NCBI RefSeq assembly: GCF_004010195.1
Contig: NC_057749.1
Span: 13,452,543-13,516,542, forward strand
Direction of reading: 5' to 3'
Length of the DNA: 64,000 nt
Source: Chiloscyllium plagiosum
Lineage: Eukaryota
The position numbers were made by a program, and so were the translations under genes. Positions 13,457-25,850 of the stretch are shown here, piece after piece. Numbering within the stretch: the first letter of the stretch is position 1; each line of letters begins with the position of its first letter. The notes under the pieces are model-generated. The model saw only the letters and a program-made list of their open reading frames with translations, was not told the DNA's origin and searched no databases.

Positions 13457-14722
13457 GTAAGGAAACTGGCAAGTGTCTGTTTGCACAATCCTGCCCGTTT
13501 GGAAATGTAAATCTTACTAAACTAAGCAGACAGCTATAATCCCATCAAGGTTGAAATTTGGAGTCCAGCAGAGGTTCCTTTTTACCCCTGGTGAGACATG
13601 GGTGTCACTGGCAGGGCCAGTGTTTATTGCCCATCACTAGTTGTCCTTGCAGTGGTGGTGAAGAGCTGCCTTCTTGAACCACTGCAGTTCATGCAGGTTA
13701 AGAGGCAATTTAGACGGACTCAGGAACAGGCAGGAAATAGAGAGATAGGGACCATTTGCAGACAGATGGGGTTAGTTTAGAATGTTATCATGGTCAGCAC
13801 AGACATGGGAGGCTGAATGTCCTGTTCTTGTGCTGCAATGCGCTATGTTCTTTGTTCTATGTAGGTAGACCCACAATGCCATTAGGTAGGAATTCTAGGA
13901 TTTTTATCCTGTGACACTGAAGCAATGAAGATGTATTTCCAATTCAAGGTGGTGAGGGGCTAGGAGGGGAACTTGCAGGACGTAGTATTCCCATGTATCT
14001 GCTGCCCTTGTCCTTATAGATGGTAGTGGTCCTGGGTACGGAAGGCGCAGTCTAAGTATCTTTGTTGAACTGTCAATGGTGGAGGGAGTGAATGTTTGTG
14101 GATGTGATGCTGAGATGAAGCAGGGCATAGCAAGAAATTCTCTTGCCTGCAATCCTAAAGTTTTAAAACCTCAGCCTGGACTTTAGGAGTCTGGAGATTG
14201 TGGACTGAAGGAAAGACCTAGACATCTGAAACTGGTTTCATTGTCACCATTGAAGGCAAAGCAACAAAGGTTTACTGGACTTCTTTCTATGACATCAGGC
14301 CTGTCCTATGACGTGTGAAATAAACTGGGCCCATATTCTGTCGAGCTTTGAAGAATGAGACGTGATCTCATTGAAATCTGCAAATACTAAAAGGGGGAGA
14401 CAGTTAGATGCAGTTAAGATGTTTCCTCTGGTTGGTGAATCCAGAACCAGGGGACACAATGTAAAGAAAAGGTGATACCATTTAGGTCCCAAGATGAGAA
14501 GAAATTATTTTTATTCAGATAGCTGTGAACCTATGGAATTCTCTGCCACAGAGGGTTGTGGTGGTTCAGTTTTTGAGTATGTTTTGAGGTAGAGATTGAT
14601 AGATTTCTGTTCCATGGACGCTGTCAGACCTGCTGAGTCTATCCAGCATTTTCATTTTAGATTTCTAAGCTCTGCAGTATTTTGCTTTAGTTTGAGTAGC
14701 AAATATATTTTATATCCAACAA

Positions 14723-15306
14723 GTTAGTGGTTAGCACTGCTGCCTCACATTATCAGGGACCTGGGTCCAATTCCAACATCATGTCTGAGTGATTTTCCTC
14801 TGAGTGTTCTGGTTTCCTCCACAATCCAAAGATGTGTAGATTAGATGGATTGGCCATGCTCAATTGCTCACAGTGTCCAGGGATGTATTGGCTAGGTGGA
14901 TTGGCCATGGGAAATTGCTCACAGTGTCCAGGGATGTGTTGGCTAGGTGGACTGGCCGAATTAAATTGCTCACAGTGTCCAGGGATGTGTTGGCTAGGTG
15001 GATTGGCCATGCTCAATTGCTCACAGTGTCCAGGGATGTGTTGGTTAGGTGGATTGGCCATGTTAAATTGCTCACATGTCCAGGGATGTGTTGGTTAGGT
15101 GGATTGGCCATGCTAAATTGCTCACAGTGTCCAGGGATGTTTTGGCTAGGTGGATTGGCCATGTTAAATTGCTCACAGTGTCCAGGGATGTGTTGGCTCG
15201 GTGGATTAGCTGTGGGAAATGCAGGGTTATAGGGTTGGGTCTGGGTGGGATGCTCAGTAGAGAAGTAGTATGGGCTGAATGGCCTGTTTCCCCACTATAG
15301 GGATTA
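14723..15306 (+). mobile_element. HE1-type SINE with expanded internal tandem repeat
   Basis: Head agtggttagcactgctgcctcac and tail ggcctgtttccccactatagggatt flank ~7 copies of a 51 bp unit. Confidence 0.9.
14830..15208 (+). repeat. 51 bp minisatellite (~7 copies) inside HE1 SINE
   Basis: Unit ggatgtgttggctaggtggattggccatgctaaattgctcacagtgtccag (e.g. 14881-14931). Explains the repetitive 17-aa ORFs. Confidence 0.95.
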
Positions 15307-18300
15307 TAGGTTTCAAGTCTTGGCATGGGTTTTGACCCAAAATTGCAAGTTCAGAAACAGGGGTACTACTACTGAGCTATGTAATGGAAAATTAACAAAT
15401 TTAACATTTACTGTGAATTCTGAAAGAGAATGCTTTTCTAAACTTAATACTGAACTTTGCTGAATTCTGCAATTGAGGAGACAGCTTGTCTTTGTGTGAA
15501 CTTTGTAAACATTCAGCTTGACCTTGTGACAGTTGAATTCAGCAAAAAGCTAAGGGAAAACATAAGAACAGTTATGTCCACAACAAGGGACTGAGAAAAT
15601 AACAACTTAAGTTTGCCCAGTCTTTGCCCTTGAGAGTGTGATAAGAATGGTATAAGAAGAGTATGTGAATTATGCTCAGGGCCCCTTACATGAAGCATCT
15701 GGCCAAATGTATTGGGTCGGTTCTGCAGAATCTGAATAAAGCTCTTTTCTTTGCTCTTGCTAACAATTGAGTCGAGTCAATTTAATTTCCATGACAGCTA
15801 CAATAGTGATCTTACAGCTTACTTGTATTTTATAGTTCTGAGCTTTTTCCTTTGTATAAAGTTTTAATATTACACTTCATTGGGAGTATTGCAATACAAC
15901 AGTCCACCTTGTCCTTAGAAACATTGCAGAGCAACTGCGGAACTTGCAGGCAGTAGTATTCCCATGTATCTGCTGCCCTTGTCCTTATAGATGGTAGTGG
16001 TCCTGAGTGTGGAAGGCGCAGTCTAAGTATCTTTGTTGAACTGCTATCGAGTGTTAGTGGCGGAGGGAGTGGATTTTTGTGGTTGTGGTACTGAGATGCA
16101 ACAGGGCATAGCAAGAAATTCTCTTGCCTGCAATCCTAAATAATCTCTGATCATAACCATCAAAGGAAATATTACACATAATCTCATCACCAAGAATATT
16201 ACAATACTTCTTGTCACGGGAGTTAAAAGGATTTATTCTATTATTATAGATATTGCAATCTGTTTCCCACAAGCAGCATCAAGGTCTATCTCACAATTAG
16301 AATTGCTACAAATCGGTGTTGCTCATATTGACTCTGTTTTTCTCTCCACAGATGCAGCCAGACCTTCTGAGTTTCTCCAGCACTTTGTTTTTATTTCAGA
16401 TTTCCTGCTTTTATTCAAAAGCACGGTTTTTGAGTGTGCTGAAGCAGATCTTTTACTAATCTGAAAGCTGAGTTAAAACCATGAGTCTGTCATTAAACAC
16501 TATAAGCATGAATCCAGAACTGATACCTAGATAACCATTGCCTGATGATTGTGATTATCACACAAACTACAGTCCAACTATTCATTAACTGAACAGCTAA
16601 AAACCATGGACAGTGGGTTCGAGAATTTCCATTGTACAGACCTTACTGTGTTTCAGATGTACCTACTATTTTAGTGTTGGGGGCTCTGCAGACGGGCCCT
16701 GAAACTGCATTGAAACTTAACACAATTGCAGTTATCCATTTGAGTCAATAAACCTCTTACTTCAGGACCTTGGACAGCAAATAATATTCTGCCTCATGCT
16801 GTAGCTAGTTACTTGAATGCCCAGTGTCAGTGCCATCCACTGTATATAACTTACTGTTCTAAGCATGCAATAAATCAATGACCATTGTCAGTAGAAACTG
16901 TGGAGAGTCTGGCTTTAAACTGCATTTAAGTAGGCAGCAATAGATTGTGAGTGACTCAATTGTAAGACCATATTAAAAGTACTCTAAATGAATATAAATC
17001 ATTGTTATTTTATTCAGGTTACTATTCCCCAGCTTTCACTTCTCTCATTCTCAGAGATCTTATCTGTTTTCTAAAAATGCTCTAACAAACATTTCAATCC
17101 CAGACTCTGTTTAATAACCTCACACTTCACCCACACAACAGATAATGTACACTGGACTGGCATTTTGATAATTTCATGAGCATGATTAAAGATGTTAATT
17201 TTCTTTATTCTGCCTTGGAATGTGAGTGTTACTAGCAAGGCTAGCATTTGTTTCCCATCTGTCATTGCCTTTGAACTAATTAACTTGCTGGACCATTTCA
17301 AAGGGCAGTTAAGAGTCAACTAGAGTCATGTGTACACATAGACAGGTAAGGATGGCAAATTTCCCGATTTAATGACAATCATTCATAGTTGTCTTGTCAC
17401 CATCATATGGTGAGCTTTCAATAAATCAATTCTTTTAAGGAATAAAATTCCACCAGTTGGTGGTGGTGGTATATTGGGATTTGAACACACCCTTCAGGGA
17501 ATTGAATAGCACCTCTGAGTTGCTCATCCAATAACATTACTGTTAAGCCACCAGGAGGGGGCACCACTTTAGGACAAATAAAAGAAGAATTTCTTACTTT
17601 CAGAGAGCTGTACAACTTTGGAATACCACCACAGAAGGCAGTGAAGGTGGGGTCATTGTATATTTTTAAGAAGCTGGATAGACTCTTGTTAGGCAAAGGA
17701 ATCAAACGTTATCAGAGAAGGATGGGAATGTGGAAATAAAAGTACAAGCAGATCAACCACAAACTTATTAAATGATGAAGCAAGCTCCAGGGTTTGAATG
17801 GACTACTGCTTCATACGTTCCTTCACTAATTGCCAAGTTAAATGTTGTGAATGTAGTTGACAAGTTGGATGCGATAATCTGAGGACTGCACTGTATTCAC
17901 AATCCAGTCTGTCTGGTGCAGTATAAAGAACATGCTTTTTATTGTAGCCCTTCTATTAATAAGATTGCCCTGAAGAATATATAGTGTTAATACCTCACTT
18001 CTGGTTTTCTGAAATAAATACTTGGATTCAAAGTAGTTACGAACAACATCCCAAAGGGGGTTGACAAAGGAGATGGAGAGAAGGTGTTTCCCCTTGTGGG
18101 GCATGAGAATGAGAGGTCACAGTTTTAGACTAAGGGGTGGCAAATTTAAAACAAAGATGGAGAGGAATTACTACTCACAGTGTATCTGTGGAATTCACTA
18201 CTCCAGAGTGCAATGGATTCCAGGACACCGAAAAAGTTTGAGGAGGTAGAGTTTTCATTAGTCATGGGTTGAAGAGTTCTGGGGAGTGGGCAGGAAAGTG

Positions 18301-19714
18301 GAGTTGAGGCTGATAAGATCAGACATGATTGTATTAAATGGTAGAGCAGGCTTGAGGGGCTGAATGGCCTACTCCAACTCCTAGTTTTTTGCTAACAACA
18401 GTCGACTGTGGTTTAAAGGTTTGAAATTTGGTTCCAATGTCTATCTTGAATGAAATGCAATGGGAGAGAGAGAAAGAGAGAGAAGCTTTTCTTGTTGAAT
18501 TTAGTGAAATTCTGCCAAGAAGTCAGGCAGCATGTAAACAATGAATCCTGGATGAGTGGAATGTAAAATCTTTTTACACTGAGTATCTAGTGTAATTCCA
18601 GCCTTTCCCATGTATCCACATCAAGTCCTGAGGAATGGCCCCAGGCTACACCAAGGCATCCCTTTAGAAATGAGACATTAGTAAAGTACATGCTTCTGAC
18701 TGGGGGCATTTAGACGAGAGTGGGGCCAGAAAAGCTTTTAATGCTCTGTGGAACCCGGGAAACCAGTTATGTTCTCTTTGTATGTCAGGTTAGATTGCCA
18801 TCTCTAGAGTGCAGCTATTTCAGGTACAGAGTGCTCAGTGGTTTGGGTCATGTACTGAGGGGATTGTGGTCCACAGAAAACATCTGTTTCTTTCACCTGA
18901 CGACTACAAGCTGCTGTAAAAGAGGGAGGCCGCAGACTCCCGGGGACTGGCTGTCATCACTGAGATAGGCTGAGCCCCTGCCACCCCACATCAATGTGAG
19001 AGTACCTTACTGAGACAGCAAGGAAGATTACATCTGCAATGATTGTCATTGAAGGAAACCTTCCCCTCACTGTCCCAGCATTGAACAAGAAAGCGTTAAG
19101 TGGTATTTTGCTTTCTTTTTTGTTCTGATTAGTCGTGATGAATAAGAAATTAAGGATGACTTTTTTTTTTGTTTTTGCAGACATCAATGTTTGAGACTTC
19201 CCAGTTTCTCCACTAACCTTCACACCCGAATCCCAGGATAATGATATTGTTTCTCCTTTCTTCTTCCTTCCTGTGATGATTTGGTTTAACAAGGAAGCTG
19301 GGTTAGACAGCCCATTACTGAAACCCAAAGGGAACTGCTAAAAGGCTGCCAATCCTGTCCTTCCAAATTCTTTCTCCACCCTGAGAGCGAGTGAATGACT
19401 AACCGAAGCCTGTTGTTGTACCACCACCACCCACAGGCTATCTTTTGTCCTTATTTATTTCCTTTGTTTTATTACTTTAGTGTGAAGTGTTCTCAAGTCC
19501 ACTGCTAACTGTCCACCATTGTACTTGCACTTGTAGCAAAATCCAACATGCGTTTCCCTCGTGCTATAACTTGGGAGAGAAATAAGATTCTAATGGGCTC
19601 GAAATGATCTACTTTATGCCACTGGACAGAGGTAATTCTCTCCCACCACCTCTGTCAGACAACGTTTTTGCTCCTGTTTTTGACTCATAATTAGGTTTGC
19701 TTAAGAATGTAAAC

Positions 19715-20510
19715 GTAAAGCCTCTTCTGGAATACTGTGTCAAATTCTGGTCGCCCTGTTATTAAGCTGGAGAGGATTCAGAAGAGATTTAGCAGGATAT
19801 TGCTGTATATGGAAGGTTTGAGTTATAAAGGAAGGCTGGATAGGCTGGGATGTTTTTCACTAGAGTGTAGGAGGTTGAGAGGCAACCTTGTAGAAGTTTA
19901 TAAAATAATTAGAGGTGTAGACAGAGTTAATGGCAGTTGTCTTTTCCTTAGGATTGGGAATTTCAAGACTAGTGGGCACATTTTTAAGGTGAGAGGAGAG
20001 AGATTTTAAAAAGGCATAAGAGGCAATTTTTTTACACAAAGTGTGTTTCACATGTGGAATGAACTTTCTAAGGAAGTGGTATTTGAGAGTACAATTACAA
20101 TATTTGAATAGAATAATGAACAGGAAAGGTTTGGAGAGATATGGGCAGCCCTTGGAGTACAGCGTTAAAAAGAGCAGCACCTTTCCAGTTATAAAGGAAG
20201 GCTGGGATGTTTTTCACTAGAGTGTAGGAGGTTGAGAAGCAACCTTGTAGAAGTTTATAAAATAATTAGAGGTGTAGACAGAGTTAATGGCAGTTGTCTT
20301 TTCCTTAGGATTGGGAATTTCAAGACTAGTGGGCACATTTTTAAGGTGAGAGGAGAGAGATTTTAAAAAGGCATAAGAGGCAATTTTTTTACACAAAGTG
20401 TGTTTCACATGTGGAATGAACTTTCTAAGGAAGTGGTATTTGAGAGTACAATTACAATATTTGAATAGAATAATGAACAGGAAAGGTTTGGAGAGATATG
20501 GGCAGCCCTT
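19715..20510 (+). mobile_element. CR1 3' fragment, partly tandem-duplicated
   Basis: KLERIQKRFSRIL...LRGNLVEVYKII; 19821-20187 is repeated at 20188-20546. Confidence 0.9.
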
Positions 20511-21529
20511 GGAGTACAGCGTTAAAAAGAGCAGCACCTTTCCAGTGCACTGCCTGTCCTTTGTACCCATTCAAAATGGATCAGCATACGTTTGCAAGCA
20601 ATATGGAAAGGTTGCTTCCCCCTTAGTCGAGGATCAGATGACATCATCTTAGAATAACACATTAAGGCGGAAATGAGGAGGAATTTCTTCTCTCTGAGGG
20701 AAGTGAATCTGTGGAATTCTTGACCACAGAAGGCTGTCAAGGCTATATTCAAGGCTGAGACAGGCATATTTTTAATCAGTACGGGAAGCAAAGGTTATGG
20801 AGAAAAGGCAAGAAAGTGGAGTTGAGGATGATCAGATTAGCTCTCCAACGATGGGCCTCTGAATGTGGGCAGGATCATTCATATCTTTCCCTCCTTTAGC
20901 CTGTGGGAACTCAACAACATTATATTGCATTTGTATAACACCTTTACTGCAGTGAAACAGCCCAAGGACCTTCACAGGAACTTCCTTTGGTCACAAATAT
21001 GCAAGTCTCTCTTTTTTTGATTTGGCCAGGGCTTTGCTTTTAATTCATCCCCTTTCATGGACTTGGGTGGATGTGGGGGTGGCTGAGGATTCTAACATGA
21101 CAGACACAGTGAACAGTCATCTATCTCGTACAAATGAATGAGGCAAGATGTAAAGAAAAATAACTTTTAACAGTTCATGAAGTCTTAAAATGCATTCATG
21201 ACTGGAAATGGTTAATACTGTAAGTTCGATTATGCTGGATCTTACTCTCTAAGTAAATTCAGATTAAGGATTCAATCAATTTGGACTGAGAGAAAGAGGA
21301 ATTTCTTTGCTCAGAGGGCTGCACATCTTTGCAAGTCTACACTAGAGAGCTGTAGATGCTCTGTCATTGATACATTCAAAGCTGAGATCATAAGAGCTTT
21401 GGGCATTATTGGATTTAAAGGATATAGGTATCAGGGAAGAAACTGGGGTTAAGGTAAAGGTCAGCCATGAATGTATTGAATGGTGGAGCAGGCTAAAAGG
21501 GCTGGATGGCCTATTCCTATTTCTAATTC

Positions 21530-22085
21530 TTCGAGTCACAGAGTTACACAGAAACAGACCCTTCGGTCCAACCAGTCCATGCCGAACATAATCCCAAACT
21601 AAACTAGTCCCACCTGCCTGTTCCTGCCCATATCCCTCCAAACCTTTCCTGTTCATTATTCTGTTAAAATATTGTTTAAATGTTGTAATTGTATCCTCCA
21701 CCACCACTTCCTTAGAAAGTTCATTCCACACGTGAAACACACTTTGTGTAAAAAAACTGCCTCAATGCCTTTTTTAAATCTCTCTCCTCTCACGTTAAAA
21801 ATGTGCCCACTAGTCTTGAAATTCCCCATCCTAAGGAAAAGACAACTGCCATTAACACTGTCTACACCTCTAATTATTTTATGAACTTCTATAAGGTTGC
21901 CTCTCAACCTCCTATGCTCCAGTGAAAAACACCCTAGCCTATCGTGCCTTCCCTTATAACTCAAACCTTCCATACACAGCAGCATCCTGCTAAATCTCTT
22001 CTGAACTCTCTCCAGCTTAATAATATCCTTCCTATAACAGGGCGAGCAGAACTTGACACAGTATTCCAGAAGAGGCCTTACGTTT
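21530..22085 (-). mobile_element. CR1/HER1-type LINE 3' fragment (part of right arm of inverted duplication)
   Basis: ORF 21656-22099 VRPLLEYCVKFCSPCYRKDIIKLERVQKRF...LRGNLIEV is the CR1 ORF2 C-terminus, followed by 3' UTR. Confidence 0.92.
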
Positions 22086-23059
22086 ACATTCTTAAGCAAA
22101 CCTAATTATGAGTCAAAAACAGGAGCAAAAATGTTGTCTGACAGAGGTGGTGGGAGAGAATTACCTCTGTCCAGTGGCATAAGATAGATCATTTAGAGCT
22201 CATTAGAATCTTATTTCTCTCCCAAGTTATAGCATGAGGGAAACGCACGTTGAATTTTGCTACAAGTGCAAGTACAATGGTGGACAGTTAACAGTGGACT
22301 TGACACTTCGCACTTAAGTAATAAAACAAAGAACAAATAAATAAGGACAAAAGATAGCCTGTGGGTGGTGGTGGTGGTACTACAACAGGCTTCAGTTAGT
22401 CATTCACTCGCTCTCAGGGCGGAGAAAGATTTTGGAAGAACAGGATTGGCAGCCTTTTAGCAGTTCCCTTTGGGTTTCAGTAATGGGCTGTCTAACCCAG
22501 CTTCCTTGTTAAACTGGGCTGAAACATATAAATATCTGTTAAATTGCAATACTTCTGAGCAGAATATAGACCTATCTGCTGTCACCATATCATTAACCTG
22601 ACCATAGAATCCCTACACTGTGGAAGCAGGCCATTCAGGCCATCAAGTCCACACCAACCCTCTGAAGCGCACCTCACCCAGACCTACAATCCTACTCTAT
22701 CCCTGGAACCCTGACTTTCCCTTGGCTAATACACCTAACCTGCACATCTTTGGACTGTGGGAGGAAACCAGAACACCCAAAGGTAAACATACACAGGGAG
22801 AATGTGCAAACTCCACACAGACAGTCACCTGAAGATGGAATTGAACGCAGCTCCTTGCCACTGTGAGGCAGCTGTACTAACCACTGTGTCACCCATGCTA
22901 TAAAGGCAGCAGAGAGAAAGTTTACAAGGATGATACCAGAAGTGCATATTTTACACTGTGGATGCTGGAAATCTAAAACAAACACAGAGAATGCTGGAGA
23001 AACACAGCAGGTCTGGCTGCATCTGTGGAGAGAGAAACAGAGTCAACATTTCCAGGCCA

Positions 23060-23920
23060 GTATAGAACATAGAACATAGTGCATTACAGTGCAGTACAGG
23101 CCCTTCAGCCCTCGATGTTGCGCCGACCTGTGAAACCATTCTGAAGCCCATCTATCCTATACTATTTCATTTTCATCCATATGTTTATCCAATGACCATT
23201 TAAATACCCTGAAAGTTGGCGAGTCTGCTACTATTGCAGGCATGCATTCTATGCTCCTACTACTCTCTGAGTAAAGAAACTACCTCTGCCATCTGTCCTA
23301 TATCTATCACCCCTCAACTTAAACCCCTCATGCTAGCCATCACCATCCAAGGCTCTCACTGTCCACCCTATCTAACCCTCTGATTATCTTATATGTCTCA
23401 ATTAAGTCACCTCGCAACCTTCTCTCTAACAAAAACAGCATTAAGTCCCTCAGCCTTTCCTCATAAGACCATCCCTCCAGACCTGGCAACATCCTAATAA
23501 ATCTCCTCTAAACCCTTTCCAAAGCTTCCACATCCTTCCTATAATGTGGTGACCAGAACTGTACACAATACTCCAAGTGTGGCCGCACCAGAGTTTTGTA
23601 CAGCTGCAGTATGACCTCGTGGCTCCAAAACTCAATCCCTCTACCAGTAAAAGCTAACATGCCTTCTTTACAACCTTATCAAACTGGATGGCAACTTTCA
23701 GGGATCAATGTACATGGAGACCAAGATCTCTCTGCTCACCTACATTACCAAGAATCTTACCATTAGCCCAGTACTCTCTATTCCTGTTGCTCCTTCCAAA
23801 GTGAATCACCTCACACTTTTCCACATTAAACTCCATTTGCCACCTCTCAGCCCAGCTCTGCAGCTTATCTATGTCCCTCTGTAACCTGCAACATTCTTCA
23901 GCACTATCCACAACTCCACC
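23060..23920 (-). mobile_element. CR1 LINE 3' fragment
   Basis: ORF track gives DSAEECCRLQRDIDKLQSWAERWQMEFNVEKCEVIHFG (CR1 RT C-terminal region). Tail repeat tagaacatagaacatag on +. Confidence 0.92.
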
Positions 23921-23964
23921 AACTCTTCACCAGAAGTATGACTCTTCACCAGAACTGAACAGTG

Positions 23965-24310
23965 GGTTTTGAGAAGATTTGTAGCTCAGGTTCAGGTTTT
24001 AAATGTAGGTTTGCTCACTGAGCTGCAAGGTTCATTTCCAGATGTTTCGTTACCCTGCTAGGTAACATCTCCAGTGGGCCTCAGGCGAAGCAATGCTGAA
24101 AATTCCTGCTTTCACTTTATATGTTTGGGTTTCTTTGGGTTGGTGATGTCATTTCCTGTGGTGATGTTATTTCCTGTGGTGAAGTCACTTCCTGTTCCTT
24201 TTCTCAAGGGGTGGTAGATGCTTCGCCTGAGGCCCACTGAAGATGTTACCTAGTAGGGTAACGAAATGTCTGGAAATGAACCTTGCAGCTCAGCGAGCAA
24301 GCCTACACCC
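23965..24310. mobile_element. Penelope-type inverted pLTR element with 14 bp target duplication
   Basis: Inverted arms ~24003-24092 and ~24219-24307. Flanked by agaactgaa(c/t)agtg at 23951-23964 and 24311-24324. Hammerhead core at 24237-24270. Confidence 0.8.
24234..24273 (+). ncRNA. Minimal hammerhead motif, sense to TMEM266 pre-mRNA
   Basis: cca-CTGAAGA-t-gttacc-tagtag-ggtaac-GAAA-t-GTC-tgg. A related copy is at 2884-2923. Confidence 0.6.
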
Positions 24311-25787
24311 AGAACTGAATAGTGTTGCAATTTGCTTAAATAGTTTTAAGAGATGCAGAGGAGGAGCAAGGGGGCAGATGGTGTAGAGGTCCAGTGCAAA
24401 AACCTTAGGGGTTATTAATTGTGGTGAGAGAGAAAAAGGTATGTAAAATGGGTGTAAACTAAGGTGTAAAAGGAATGAATAGATCCTCTCTGCTAAGAGT
24501 AAAGAAGACACCAACAAATCATGGCTGGGGGTTGGGAAGGGGGAGAGAATTTAAGCTAGGTGGAGAAGACATGTCAGGTGGTCAGTTTCTGACGTTGTTG
24601 CTTTCAATATTGAGCTCTAGAGGCTATAAATTGTCTAAGTGGGAAATAACATGTTGTTCCTCCAGCTTGTATTGGTATTTCCCTGAAACACTGCAGTAGG
24701 CTCAGGACAGAAACATTAGCACGAGAGCAAGGGGGTTGTCGAAATGGCAAGCAACTGGGAGTTCAGAATCATTCCTACTGACAGAATGGAGGTATTCCAT
24801 AAAGTGGTCGCCTAGTCTGAAAAAAGAATCACCAGACTCAAAATGTTATCTCTGTTTCTCTCCCCATTGATGCCGGCAGACCTGCTGAGTTTCTGCAGTC
24901 ATTCCTGTTTTGGTTTCGGATCTTCAGCATTCGCAGTTCTTTGTTTTACCTAGTCTTTACAATTGTAAAGGATACTGCACTGAGAGCTTTGTATAAACCC
25001 AACAGAAGTCAGGACTTAAAGAGAGTAGAGGGACAAATAGAGAAGGGGTCAAGCAGGGCTGCTGGGTAACATACAATTGCTATAAGTATGGCACTGCCCT
25101 ATGTGGAAGACATGAGTGGATAGTAAAGAAATAACTTGCATTTAAAGATCATAGAACCCATTTAAATAGCACTTTTCATAGAATCCCTACAGTGTGGAAG
25201 CAGGTCATTCAATCCACACCAACCCTCCAAACACCCAGAGCCACCTTATCTCTCTTATAGCTAACCCACCTAGCCTGCACATTCTTGGACACTGTGGGCA
25301 ATTTAGCATAGCCAATCCACCAAACCTGCACATCTTTGGGCTATGGGGTGAAGCCAGAGCACCTGGAGGAAACATACACAGACACAGGGAGAATGTGCAA
25401 CCTCCACACAGTCACCCCAGGGTGGAATCAAACTCAAATCCCTGGCACTGTGAAGCAGCAGTACTAACCACTGAGCCACCGTGCCATCCCATGTCACAAC
25501 CTCAGGTTATCCCAAAGTGCTTTTCAGCCAATGAAATACTTTAGAAGTTTTGTCATAAGTCTAATGAATTTGAGAACCTTACAGACTGAGGAAATGTGTG
25601 CATGAGCGAGTTCTAGGTCAGATGATCAGTTCAATGTTGCACCACAGCCCAGCAGAGAAAATGATCCTGATAATGATAGACAGAAGCTGAAAGCGATGTT
25701 TACCAGAATAGACCGATGATATGATTCCCAGTTCTGTTGAAGTGGGATCTGCACAATGTGCTTAAGTTGTCACAATTTATCTTGCAG

Positions 25788-25850
25788 AAGCTGTCACCAG
25801 AGACGATATGAACAATTACATCAGCCAGTATTACAGTGAACCCAACAGCG
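25788..25850 (+). CDS. TMEM266: TMEM266 penultimate coding exon (63 bp)
   Basis: Acceptor tcttgcag|, donor |gtgagt, phase 1 to phase 1. Encodes (K/E)AVTRDDMNNYISQYYSEPNS versus recalled human EATMKDDMNSYISQYYNGPSS. Confidence 0.92.

Larger units (their letters stand above)
19284..22514. repeat. Long inverted duplication, arms 19284-20148 and 21624-22514
   Basis: gtttaacaaggaagctgggttagacagccc... at 19284 is the reverse complement of ...gggctgtctaacccagcttccttgttaaac ending at 22514. The match runs through ~430 bp of non-LINE sequence and the CR1 fragment. Confidence 0.95.

Noticed and set aside
14753..15326. Repetitive Cys/Gly/Trp ORFs on both strands
   Set aside because: By-product of the 51 bp tandem repeat inside an HE1 SINE. 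Internal tandem repeats are a known HE1 feature.
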